Assembly (NCBI GenBank): GCA_036844945.1
Contig: DAIUEV010000015.1
Span: 66-64,065, forward strand
Direction: 5' to 3'
Source: Acidimicrobiales bacterium
Lineage (GTDB): Bacteria > Actinomycetota > Acidimicrobiia > Acidimicrobiales > RAAP-2
Length of the DNA: 64,000 nucleotides
Shown here: positions 25,997 to 35,019 of the stretch, one piece after another
How the letters are laid out: each line of letters begins with the position of its first letter
Position numbering within the stretch: position 1 is the first letter of the stretch
Notes under the pieces: generated by a model
Databases searched by the model: none
The model's input: the letters and a program-made list of their open reading frames with translations, nothing else
Told to the model about the DNA's origin: nothing
Made by a program: the position numbers and the translations under genes

Positions 25997-26118
25997 TCCC
26001 AGCAAAGTCCCAGCCAGAGGGCAATCTTGGCGACTCTGTGACGATCTCGTATCGAGGGGGCCGTCCTGTGTCATCTCGAGCGGGAAGCGGCCCTGAGCAG
26101 CCCGTTACCATCGGGGAC

Positions 26119-27057
26119 ATGTCCGCCCGGTCCCGCGATCTGCCCCGCCGCTCGTGCCTGTCCACGCCCGCCTCGAGCGAGCGATTCCTCGCCAAGGCGC
26201 CGACGGTGGCTGCCGACATGACCTTCCTCGACCTCGAGGACGCGGTGGCCCCGCTCGAGAAGGTGGGCGCCCGGGCCAAGGCGGTCGACGCGATCAAGAA
26301 CCTGCCCTGGGACGACCGGGTCCTGTGTGTGCGGGTGAACGCCTGGGACACCAAGTGGACCTACGGCGACGTGATCGAGGTGGTGGGCGGGGCCGGCGAG
26401 CGGCTCGACGAGATCATGCTGCCCAAGGTGCAGTCGGCGGCCGAGGTGGTGGCGCTCGACCTGCTCCTCACCCAGGTCGAGGAGAACGCCGGGCTGCCGA
26501 GGGGACACATCGGGATCGAGGCCCAGATCGAGACCGCCCGCGGGCTCATCAACGTCGACGACATCTGCGCCGCGTCGCCGCGGCTCGAGACGATCATCTT
26601 CGGCCCGGCCGACTTCACCGCCTCGATGGAAATGCCCGTGCTGACCGGCGGCGTGCAGATCCCCGAGTACCCGGGCGACCACTTCCACTACGTCTTCTCA
26701 CGGATCCTGATGGCCGGCCGGGCCAACGGCCTTCAGGTGATCGACGGCCCGTTCCTCCTCGTGCGCGATTCGGACAAGCTGCGCGACTACGCGCTGCGGA
26801 CCCGGCTCCTCGGCTACGACGGAAAGTGGGCCCTCACCCCCGACCAGGTCACCGTGCTCAACGAGGTGTACTCGCCGACCCAGGAGCAGTTCGACCGGGC
26901 TTACGCCATCCTCGACGCCTACCGCACCGCGACCGAGGTGGAACGCAAGGGCTCCGTGATGTTCGGCGACGAGATGATCGACGAGGCCAGCCGGAAGATG
27001 GCGGTCAAGTTCGTGTCACGGGGCGAGCGCGCCGGGCTGCGGCGCTCGGAGGCCTGA
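26119..27057 (+). CDS. HpcH/HpaI aldolase / CitE-like acyl-CoA lyase (malyl-CoA / beta-methylmalyl-CoA lyase-like)
   Basis: CitE-family pattern: RSCLSTPASSERFLAKA...DLEDAV...RVN...E.QIET...FGPADF...DGP. Start at ATG 26119. Confidence 0.85.
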   Translation: MSARSRDLPRRSCLSTPASSERFLAKAPTVAADMTFLDLEDAVAPLEKVGARAKAVDAIKNLPWDDRVLCVRVNAWDTKWTYGDVIEVVGGAGERLDEIMLPKVQSAAEVVALDLLLTQVEENAGLPRGHIGIEAQIETARGLINVDDICAASPRLETIIFGPADFTASMEMPVLTGGVQIPEYPGDHFHYVFSRILMAGRANGLQVIDGPFLLVRDSDKLRDYALRTRLLGYDGKWALTPDQVTVLNEVYSPTQEQFDRAYAILDAYRTATEVERKGSVMFGDEMIDEASRKMAVKFVSRGERAGLRRSEA

Positions 27058-27060
27058 CCC

Positions 27061-28659
27061 TCAGCCGGCGTTCTCCAACAGGCGCCGCGCGATGACCCGG
27101 AGCGCGAGGGTCTCGTCGGCGCCCTCGAAGATCGACAGCACCCTGGCGTCGACGAAGTAGCGGCTCACCGGGAACTCCTCGGCGTAGCCCATGCCGCCGT
27201 GGATCTGCATGGCCTCTCTCGTCACCCACTCGGCGGCCCGGCAGCCGTAGGCCTTCACCATCGAGGCCTCGAGCGCGCCCTCCCCCTTGGCCATCAGCCG
27301 GGCGACCCGGTAGGTGAACTGCCGGATGGCCTGGATGGTGGCGGCCATCCGGGCGAGCTTCGCCCGCGTCAGCTGGTACTCGAGGATCGGGGCGCCGAAG
27401 ACCTTGCGCTCGGACGCGTACGAGCGCGCCGCGTCGTAGGCGGCCTGCATGACGCCGAGGGCGCGGGCGGCCGTCTGCAGCCGGCCGTTCTCGAAGCCCT
27501 GCATCTGGAGGTAGAAGCCCTGCCCGATGCCGCCTTCTCCGCCGACCAGGTGGTCGTCGGGCACGAACCAGTCGTCGAAGGAGAGCTCGTAGGAGTGCAT
27601 GCCCCGATACCCGAGGGTGTCGATCGGTCGGCCCTCGAGGCGTCCGGACCCGGGGCCGTCCTGGGTCAGGACGAAACCCGTGCCCTCGGCCCTGGGCTTC
27701 TCGACGATGAACATCGACAGACCGCGGTGGGCCTTGGCGCGGTCCGGGTCGGTGCGCGCGAGCAGCATGAGCACGTCGGCCCGGGCGGCAAAGGTGCACC
27801 AGGTCTTCACGCCGCGCACGAGCCAGCCCCCGTCGCTCTTGGTGGCCGCCGTCACCAGACCGGCGACGTCGGAGCCGAAGTCGGGCTCGGTGACCGCGAC
27901 GGCCGCCATGGTCTCGCCGCTCGCGAGCCTCGGCAGCCACTCGCGCTTCTGCTCGTCGGTGCCGCCCTTCAACAGCGCCCGGGTCAGGATCTCGGGCCGG
28001 GTGATGAGCGACCCACCGAGGCCGAGAGAGCCCCAGCTCAGCTCCTCGGTCGCGACGACCATGCCCATGTAGTCACTCTCGGTCCCCGAGGCGAACCCGC
28101 CGAACTCCTCGGGCACCGACAGTCCGAAGCCACCGAGCTCGGCCAGGCCCGAGATGATCTCCTCGGGGACGTCGCCGTTCGAGCGGTGCACCTCCTCGGC
28201 GTGGGGCCGGACCTTGTCCTCGGCGAACCGGTGGAAGGTCTCGCGCACGAGCTCGAAGTCGTCGTCCAGATGCGACGGCCCGGTCTCGCCGCACAGGCCG
28301 GCGAGGAACCCCGGGGCGCGGAACGCGGCAAGGAACGCCTCGGCCGGCGCGGCCCAGCCCGGCTCGACGCCCCACCCGGACTCCCGGCCGGCCACCCGGG
28401 TGGCCAGGTCGACGAGCGCCTCGGCGACGAACGCACACGTGAGGTCGCGCTCGATGTCGCCGAGGGTGCCGTAGTCGAGCATCGAGCGGGCGACGATCGC
28501 CGCCGACGCGGCGTGCGCCAGGTCGTAGGCGACGACCTGCTCGGCGTCGACCCCTCCGCGCTCCTTCACCGTCGCGGCGGCCCGCTCGACGACCGATTCG
28601 GCGATCCCCACCGCCGCGCTCGCCGCGGCGAGCGGATCGGCAAGCCCCTCGGTCGGCAC
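27061..28659 (-). CDS. Acyl-CoA dehydrogenase with ~150-aa N-terminal extension (methylsuccinyl-CoA dehydrogenase-like)
   Basis: Canonical ACAD core with C-terminal QIHGGMGYAEEFPVSRYFVDARVLSIFEGADETL. At 532 aa it is about 150 aa longer than standard ACADs. Confidence 0.85.
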   Translation of the reverse strand: MPTEGLADPLAAASAAVGIAESVVERAAATVKERGGVDAEQVVAYDLAHAASAAIVARSMLDYGTLGDIERDLTCAFVAEALVDLATRVAGRESGWGVEPGWAAPAEAFLAAFRAPGFLAGLCGETGPSHLDDDFELVRETFHRFAEDKVRPHAEEVHRSNGDVPEEIISGLAELGGFGLSVPEEFGGFASGTESDYMGMVVATEELSWGSLGLGGSLITRPEILTRALLKGGTDEQKREWLPRLASGETMAAVAVTEPDFGSDVAGLVTAATKSDGGWLVRGVKTWCTFAARADVLMLLARTDPDRAKAHRGLSMFIVEKPRAEGTGFVLTQDGPGSGRLEGRPIDTLGYRGMHSYELSFDDWFVPDDHLVGGEGGIGQGFYLQMQGFENGRLQTAARALGVMQAAYDAARSYASERKVFGAPILEYQLTRAKLARMAATIQAIRQFTYRVARLMAKGEGALEASMVKAYGCRAAEWVTREAMQIHGGMGYAEEFPVSRYFVDARVLSIFEGADETLALRVIARRLLENAG

Positions 28660-28668
28660 GGGTCGACC

Positions 28669-29322
28669 CTACCCGGGGCCCCTGCGGCGCCCCACCACCG
28701 TGACCAGGGGCGGGAGCACGATGGGGTCGTCGCCGGGGTCGACGCCGGTGAGCGTCTCGAGGTAGTCGCGCACCGGTCCGGGACCCACCCCTGCCGGTGC
28801 CTCGGCCCACGCGTCGACGAGCTCCAGCCCGGCGTCGCGGGCGAGCGCGGGGAGCAGCGCCCCGATATCGGGGTGGCGCGCGTCGGGCATGGACAGGGGC
28901 CGGCCGGCGATGCGGCCCGCGGAGGTCACCGGCTCTTGCGCGACGACCCACCCGTCGGGTCGCACGGCCTCGGCCATCTTGCCCATCACCACGGCCGGGT
29001 CGAGCACGTGCAGCAGCAGGAAGCGGCAGAACGCGAGGTCGACGGCCTCGGGGAGCCGCAGGTCCTCGCCCGCTTGGGTGATGGCGAGGACCTGGCTATG
29101 GGTGGCGGCCGCCCGGGCCACCTCGTCCCGGGCGAGCGGGTCCGAGTCGACCGAGTACACGCGGCCGGTGTGGCCGACCACCTCGGCCAACGCCACCGAG
29201 ACGTCGCCCCCGCCGGCCCCCACGTCCACGCACCGCCACCCCGGGCCGATCCCAAGCCGCTCGAGCGCGGTCGCGAGCGGCCGTCGGTAGACGTCGTCGC
29301 GTAGGCCCTTCAGCTCAGCCAT
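28669..29322 (-). CDS. Class I SAM-dependent methyltransferase
   Basis: VDVGAGGGDVSVALAE (motif I) and FCRFLLLHV. Start at ATG 29322. It ends 9 nt before the ACAD start, so they are probably one operon. Confidence 0.8.
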   Translation of the reverse strand: MAELKGLRDDVYRRPLATALERLGIGPGWRCVDVGAGGGDVSVALAEVVGHTGRVYSVDSDPLARDEVARAAATHSQVLAITQAGEDLRLPEAVDLAFCRFLLLHVLDPAVVMGKMAEAVRPDGWVVAQEPVTSAGRIAGRPLSMPDARHPDIGALLPALARDAGLELVDAWAEAPAGVGPGPVRDYLETLTGVDPGDDPIVLPPLVTVVGRRRGPG

Positions 29323-29379
29323 AGAACGCTGCGAGTCTCCCACGGGGCAGGTCGGCTGAAATCGGTAACCTGCTGCGAC

Positions 29380-29811
29380 GTGAACGTGACCATGCTGCTG
29401 TGCGACGCCGCGCAGGTCGCCGACGGCAAGCTGTACATCCTGGGCGGCGGGTGGAGCATCACCGGTCCCGACCCGGTCCCCTCGGCGGTGGCGCTCAAGA
29501 TCGAAGTGGACTGGCACGAGGCGGACGTGGCCCACCACTGGGAGCTGTTCTTGGAGGACGCCGACGGACGTCCGGTCCTGATCGAGACCCCCGAGGGCCA
29601 CCACCCCGTCGAGGTCCGTGGCGAGTTCACGGTCGCCAAGCCGCCCGGGATCCCCGAGGGCTCGCCGATCGACGTGGCCCTGGCCGTCAACCTCGGACCG
29701 ATCCCGCTGCATCCCGGGACCCGGTACAGCTGGCGGCTCGTCATCGACGGCGACGCGTTGCCCGGAGCGTCGCTCGGGTTCACGACCCGGCCCCGGCTCG
29801 AGCAGCAATAA
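29380..29811 (+). CDS. Hypothetical protein (143 aa), uncharacterised
   Basis: Protein-like ORF (MLLCDAAQVADGKLYILGGGWS...), probably beta-rich. No motif recognised. The start could be ATG 29392. Confidence 0.55.
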   Translation: MNVTMLLCDAAQVADGKLYILGGGWSITGPDPVPSAVALKIEVDWHEADVAHHWELFLEDADGRPVLIETPEGHHPVEVRGEFTVAKPPGIPEGSPIDVALAVNLGPIPLHPGTRYSWRLVIDGDALPGASLGFTTRPRLEQQ

Positions 29812-29846
29812 GTTCTCGGCATGGCACCGCCCGTGAGCAGCCGCTC

Positions 29847-30356
29847 GTGACCAGCTATGACCGCGCGTTCGGGCGGTACTTCGAGGACTTCGAGGTGGGG
29901 GACGTCTACCGGCACTGGCCCGGCAAGACGATCACCGAGTACGACGACCACCTCTTCTGCATGATCACGATGAACCACCACCCGCTGCACACGAACGCGT
30001 GGTTCGGCGAGCACGAGACCGTGCACGGACACAACGTGGTGGTCGGCAACCTCGTGTACTCGCTCGCCCTCGGGATGAGCGTGCCGGACGTGAGCGGCTC
30101 GTGCATCGCCAACCTCGAGGTCGAGTCGCTGCTGCACAAGAACCCGACCTTCCACGGCGACACCATCTACGCCGAGACCAGGGTCCTCGACAAGGTCGAA
30201 TCCAAGTCGCGCGACGACCGCGGCATCGTCACGGTCGAGACGAAGGCCTTCAACCAGCGCGGCGAGGAGGTCTGCTACTTCCGGCGCAAGGTGATGGTCT
30301 GGAAGGCGGCATCGGCCCCGCCCCGCCGGCGCCCCTACGACGACGCCTGGGGCTGA
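29847..30356 (+). CDS. MaoC-family (hot-dog fold) enoyl-CoA hydratase/dehydratase
   Basis: FEDFEVGDVYRHWPGKTITEYDDHLFCMITMNHHPLHTN is a typical MaoC dehydratase N-terminus. GTG start at 29847. Confidence 0.85.
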   Translation: MTSYDRAFGRYFEDFEVGDVYRHWPGKTITEYDDHLFCMITMNHHPLHTNAWFGEHETVHGHNVVVGNLVYSLALGMSVPDVSGSCIANLEVESLLHKNPTFHGDTIYAETRVLDKVESKSRDDRGIVTVETKAFNQRGEEVCYFRRKVMVWKAASAPPRRRPYDDAWG

Positions 30357-30471
30357 CCGCACCGACCCGGACCCCGGGTTCGCCGCCGCGGTCCTCGAGT
30401 GGGGTCGGCCGCTCCGGCGCAGCTTCCCGTGGCGCCTCACGAGAGACCCCTGGCACGTCCTGTCGAGCGAG

Positions 30472-31218
30472 GTGATGCTGCAACAGACCCAGGCCCGGCG
30501 GGTGGTCGAGCCCTACCGGCGCTGGGTGGCGCGGTTCCCCGATCCCCCGTCCTGTGCCCGGGCTGGCCCCGCCGAAGCGCTGCGGGCCTGGGAGGGCCTC
30601 GGCTACAACCGCCGCGCCCTCAACCTGCACCGGGCCGCGGTCGAGATCACCGACGCCCACGGCGGGGTGGTGCCGAACGACCGGGTCACGCTCGAGTCTC
30701 TCCCCGGGGTCGGGCCGTACACGGCGAGGGCGGTCATGGTCTTCGCGTTCGAGGCACCGGTCGGTGTGGTCGACACGAACGTGGCGAGGGTCCTCTCCCG
30801 GGTCCGGGGCCGCCGCCTCGGCCCTCGAGATGTCCAGGAGCTCGCCGACTCGTTGGTGCCGCCGGGCGAGTCGTGGGCCTACAACCAGACGCTCTTCGAC
30901 ATCGGGGTGCTGCACTGCCGGCCCCGCACCCCCGGCTGCAGCGGGTGCCCGCTGCGCGGGCGGTGCGTGTTCGCGCGCTCCGGACCTGCCGCGTCCGATC
31001 CCGGGGCCCCGGTCAGGCGCCAAACGCGCTTTCACGGCTCGGACCGTCAGGGCCGGGGCCGACTGGTGGCGGCGTTGCGGGACGGCCCGGTCGAGTCGGC
31101 CGAGCTCGCGGCGGCGGCCGGCTGGCCCGACGACCCGGCGCGGGCGGCGATGGTGGCCGGTGGGCTGATCCACGACGGGTTGGCCGAATGGGAGGGCGAC
31201 CGCCTGCGCCTGCCCTGA
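30472..31218 (+). CDS. A/G-specific adenine glycosylase-like HhH-GPD protein (MutY family); 5' end problematic
   Basis: MLQQTQ, GLGYNRRA, LPGVGPYTA and the 4Fe-4S loop CRPRTPGCSGCPLRGRC. The first canonical start is GTG 30472, yet conserved MutY N-terminal sequence is encoded upstream in frame (see findings). Confidence 0.8.
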   Translation: MMLQQTQARRVVEPYRRWVARFPDPPSCARAGPAEALRAWEGLGYNRRALNLHRAAVEITDAHGGVVPNDRVTLESLPGVGPYTARAVMVFAFEAPVGVVDTNVARVLSRVRGRRLGPRDVQELADSLVPPGESWAYNQTLFDIGVLHCRPRTPGCSGCPLRGRCVFARSGPAASDPGAPVRRQTRFHGSDRQGRGRLVAALRDGPVESAELAAAAGWPDDPARAAMVAGGLIHDGLAEWEGDRLRLP

Positions 31219-31397
31219 GCGGGATCACCCCCGGGGGTCGTGGTCGAGGTCGTCGTGCTGGTCGTCGAGGTCGAGCTGGTCGACGTCGTCGTGCTCGCCA
31301 ACCAGGGAGAACACGGCACCGCAACGGAAGGCCGGGGGGCGGGACCAGGTGGCATCATGGCTTCGACGGGCGACGCAGGTTGGCGGAGGTTGCGACA

Positions 31398-33020
31398 GTG
31401 AGCGAAACATCGGCACCTCACAGCGGGACCATCACGACGCTCGATGTGGCGGTGGTCGGGGCGGGGTTCGCGGGCCTCTACGCCTTGCACCACCTGCGGG
31501 GGCTCGGTCTCTCCGTCAGGGTGTTCGAGGCCGGGAGCGGCGTCGGGGGGACCTGGTTCTGGAACCGCTATCCCGGTGCCCGCTGCGACGTCGAGAGCGT
31601 CGACTACTCGTACTCGTTCTCGAAGGAGCTCGAGCAGGAGTGGACCTGGACCGAGCGCTATGCCGCGCAACCCGAGATCCTGGAGTACCTCAACCACGTC
31701 GCCGACCGGTTCGACCTGCGCCGCGACATCCGGTTCGACACCCGCATCGAGCGAGCGTGCTTCGACGAGGGCGAGGCCGTCTGGGAGTTGACCACCGGCT
31801 CCGGTGAGGTGGTGAGGGCGACCTTCTGCATCATGGCCACAGGGTGCCTCTCGGAGCCGAAGCTGCCCGAGATCGAGGGGGTCGAGACCTTCTCCCGCCC
31901 CACCTTCCACACCGGTCGCTGGCCGCACGAGCCGGTCGACTTCACCGGCCAGCGGGTCGGGATCATCGGAACCGGATCCTCCGCCATCCAGTCGATCCCT
32001 CACATCGCCCGGCAGGCCGCCCAGTTGGTGGTGTTCCAGCGCACGCCCAACTTCTCCGTCCCGGCGTGGAACCACCCGCTGGAGCCCGAGTACGTGACCG
32101 AGGTGAAGGCCGACTATCCGGCCCGTCGTGAGCTGTGTCGCCAATCCCACGCGGGCTTCCCGGTTCCAGCCACCGAACAGGCGGCCAACGCGGCGAGCCC
32201 GGAGGAGCGGGCCGAGCGCTACGAGGAGCGGTGGGCCGACGGGGGGCTCGGGTTCCTCGGGTCGTTCTCCGACCTGCTGGTCGACCCGGCGTCCAACGAG
32301 ACGGCGTGTGACTTCCTGCGCCTGAAGATCCGTGAGAAGGTCCGCGACGAGAAGACCGCGACGGTCCTCAGCCCGACGGACTACCCGTGCGGGACGAAGC
32401 GGCTCTGCGTCGACATCGGTTACTACGAGACGTACAACCGCCCGAACGTCACGCTGGTCGACCTGCGGACCACCCCGATCGAGCGGATCACCGAGGACTC
32501 GGTCGTCACGACGGAGGAGACCTTCGAGCTCGACGCGCTCGTCTTCGCAACCGGGTTCGACGCGATGACCGGTGCGCTCGCCCACATCGACATCGAGGGA
32601 ACCGGCGGGAGGACCTTGCGCGACAAGTGGCGTGACGGCCCCCGGGCGCACCTCGGGCTCACGGCCGCCGGGTTCCCCAACCTGTTCATGATCACCGGGC
32701 CGGGGAGCCCGTCGGTGCTGAGCAACATGGTCGTCTCGATCGAGCAGCATGTCGACTGGGTGGCCGACTGCATCGTCCACCTCCGCGCCGAGGGATTGCG
32801 GCGCATCGAGCCCACCCCCGAGGCCGAGGACGAGTGGGTGGCCCTCGTGTCGGCGATGGCCGACTTCACGCTGTTCCCGAGGGCCAACTCCTGGTACCGG
32901 GGAGCGAACGTCGAGGGCAAGCCCCTGGTCTTCATGCCCTACGTCGGCGGCGTGTACACCTACCGGCAGCACTGCGACGAGGTGGCCACCAACGGCTACG
33001 CCGGCTTCACGTTGAGTTGA
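31398..33020 (+). CDS. Type I Baeyer-Villiger (flavin-dependent) monooxygenase
   Basis: GAGFAG dinucleotide motif, GGTWFWNRYPGARCD, the fingerprint FSRPTFHTGRWP (FxGxxxHxxxWP with G replaced by R), and a second GTGSSA motif. GTG start at 31398. Confidence 0.85.
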   Translation: MSETSAPHSGTITTLDVAVVGAGFAGLYALHHLRGLGLSVRVFEAGSGVGGTWFWNRYPGARCDVESVDYSYSFSKELEQEWTWTERYAAQPEILEYLNHVADRFDLRRDIRFDTRIERACFDEGEAVWELTTGSGEVVRATFCIMATGCLSEPKLPEIEGVETFSRPTFHTGRWPHEPVDFTGQRVGIIGTGSSAIQSIPHIARQAAQLVVFQRTPNFSVPAWNHPLEPEYVTEVKADYPARRELCRQSHAGFPVPATEQAANAASPEERAERYEERWADGGLGFLGSFSDLLVDPASNETACDFLRLKIREKVRDEKTATVLSPTDYPCGTKRLCVDIGYYETYNRPNVTLVDLRTTPIERITEDSVVTTEETFELDALVFATGFDAMTGALAHIDIEGTGGRTLRDKWRDGPRAHLGLTAAGFPNLFMITGPGSPSVLSNMVVSIEQHVDWVADCIVHLRAEGLRRIEPTPEAEDEWVALVSAMADFTLFPRANSWYRGANVEGKPLVFMPYVGGVYTYRQHCDEVATNGYAGFTLS

Positions 33021-33030
33021 GGAAGGACCG

Positions 33031-34578
33031 ATGAGAGTCCCGCTCACGATCGGAGACTTCCTGGAGCGCGCCGCTCTCGTCTACGGCGACCGGCTCGCGG
33101 TGACCGACGAGCCCGACGCCCACGGTTCGCTCGGCGAGCTCACCTACGAGGAGCTCCACCACCGGGCCCGCGCGATGGCGGTCGGGTTCGACTCGATGGG
33201 GATCGGCGCCGGCGAACGGGTCGCCCTGGTGAGCCCCAACTCGGCCAGGTTCCTGGCCGCCTACTTCGGGGTGAGTGGGTTCGGACGGGTCCTGGTGCCG
33301 ATCAACTTCCGGCTCACGGCCGACGAGATCGGCTACATCGTGGAGCACTCCGGCGCGAGCGTCGTGCTCTTCGACCCCGAGCTCGACGGGGTCACCGGGC
33401 GCCTCACCTCGGTCAGGTGGATCCGGCTCGACGGGGTGCAGGACGCCGAACTGTTCGACCCCGAGATCGGCCGACGGCGCGACCCGGCCCCCTGGAAGGC
33501 CGACGAAGAGGCGACGTGCTCGATCAACTACACCTCGGGCACCACCTCGCGGCCGAAGGGGGTCCAACTCACCCACCGGAACTGCTGGCTCAACGCGGCG
33601 AGCTTCGGCTGGCACCTGGGCGTCTCGGACCGTGACGTCCTGCTCCACACCCTGCCGATGTTCCACGCCAACGGGTGGGGCATGCCCTACGCGGTGACCG
33701 CCATGGGCGGCCGCCACGTGGTTCAGCGGAAGATCGACGGCGAGGTGATCCTCTCGCGCATCGAGGAGTCGGGCGTCACGCTGTTGTGCGCGGCCCCGGC
33801 GGTGGTGGCGAGCATCCTGGCCGCCTCCGAGGCCCGACGGGCCGAGGGCCGGCCGCTGCCGCAAGGGCCGGTCCGGATCGTCGTCGCCGGGGCGCCGCCG
33901 CCCTCCAAGACCATCGAGCGGGTGGAGGAGGAGCTCGGCTGGGAGTTCGCCCAGATCTACGGGCTCACCGAGACCTCGCCCCTGCTCACCATCAACCGGT
34001 CGCCGGCCGAGTGGGACGCGCTCGACCCGGCGGAGCGGGCCCGCCGCCTCGGCCGGGCGGGGGTGCCGGCGGTCGGGGTCCGCATGGCGGTGAGCCCCGA
34101 GGGCGAGGTGCTGGCCCGGTCGAACCACGTCTTCGAGGGGTACTGGCAGCAGCCCGACGAGTCGGCCAAGGCCCTCGAGGGCGGCTGGTTCCACACCGGC
34201 GACGGCGGCTACGAGGACGGGCCGTACACGGTGATCACCGACCGGAAGAAGGACGTGATCATCACCGGCGGCGAGAACGTCTCTTCGATCGAGGTGGAAG
34301 ACGTCCTCTACCAGCACCCGGCGGTGGCCGAGGTCGCCGTCATCGGGGTCCCCGACGAGAAGTGGGGCGAGACGGTCCTCGCGCTCGTGGTGCTGCGGGC
34401 GGGCGAGGAAGCCTCCGAGCAGGAGCTCATCGAGCACTGCCGCAACCGGATGGCGCACTTCAAGGCGCCCCGGACGGTCGAGATCCGCCAGGTGCTGGCG
34501 CGCACCGCCACCGGGAAGCTCCAGAAGTACAAGCTCCGCCAGCCCTATTGGGAAGGCTTCGAGCGCCAGGTCAACTGA
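33031..34578 (+). CDS. AMP-dependent acyl-CoA synthetase/ligase
   Basis: YTSGTTSRPKGV (AMP-binding motif I), YGLTE, TGD and GKLQK motifs. Confidence 0.9.
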   Translation: MRVPLTIGDFLERAALVYGDRLAVTDEPDAHGSLGELTYEELHHRARAMAVGFDSMGIGAGERVALVSPNSARFLAAYFGVSGFGRVLVPINFRLTADEIGYIVEHSGASVVLFDPELDGVTGRLTSVRWIRLDGVQDAELFDPEIGRRRDPAPWKADEEATCSINYTSGTTSRPKGVQLTHRNCWLNAASFGWHLGVSDRDVLLHTLPMFHANGWGMPYAVTAMGGRHVVQRKIDGEVILSRIEESGVTLLCAAPAVVASILAASEARRAEGRPLPQGPVRIVVAGAPPPSKTIERVEEELGWEFAQIYGLTETSPLLTINRSPAEWDALDPAERARRLGRAGVPAVGVRMAVSPEGEVLARSNHVFEGYWQQPDESAKALEGGWFHTGDGGYEDGPYTVITDRKKDVIITGGENVSSIEVEDVLYQHPAVAEVAVIGVPDEKWGETVLALVVLRAGEEASEQELIEHCRNRMAHFKAPRTVEIRQVLARTATGKLQKYKLRQPYWEGFERQVN

Positions 34579-34594
34579 GCGCTCCGGCCCGGGC

Positions 34595-34972
34595 TCAGGT
34601 CCGGGCCCGCCCGTAGTCGTCCTCGAGCCGCTCGATGTCGTCCTCCTCGAAGCTGGACCCGTGCTGGACCTCGACGAAGACGAGGGGCACGACGCCGGGG
34701 TTGGCGACCCGATGGGCGCCGCCGCGAGGGATGTCGATCGCACTGCCTACGCCCACCGGGTGGTCGGTGCCGTCGAGGGTGACGACGCCTTCGCCGGCCA
34801 CCACGAACCAGTGCTCGGAGCGGTGGGCGTGGCGCTGATAGCTGAGGCGCCGTCCGGGTTCGACCGTCAAGCGCTTCACCTTGTGGTCGGGCTCGTCGGC
34901 GAGGACCTCGAAGCCGCCCCAGGGTCGTCGCTCGCCCGCCACCCCCTGATTCTGGCCCGCGCCGACCTCCAC
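34595..34972 (-). CDS. Cupin domain protein (mannose-6-phosphate isomerase type II C-terminal-like)
   Basis: RPWGGFEVL...KRLTVEPGRRLSYQRHAHRSEHWFVVAG...IPRGGAHRVAN cupin motifs. Confidence 0.7.
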   Translation of the reverse strand: MEVGAGQNQGVAGERRPWGGFEVLADEPDHKVKRLTVEPGRRLSYQRHAHRSEHWFVVAGEGVVTLDGTDHPVGVGSAIDIPRGGAHRVANPGVVPLVFVEVQHGSSFEEDDIERLEDDYGRART

Positions 34973-35019
34973 CGACCGGTCGCGAACGGGGAACGTCGTC
35001 TATGTGAAGTCCGGGCGTC

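Noticed and set aside
25922-26118. Calling the NlpC/P60 leader a ydaO (c-di-AMP) riboswitch.
   Set aside because: I could not find the conserved core elements I remember from that family (GGGGA.CCCA, GGGGUGAAUCC, CCGAAUCCGACAGCUAACCUCGUAAGCG) in the reverse-complement sequence. Only vague GAAUC-like bits are present. I kept it as an unexplained structured leader.
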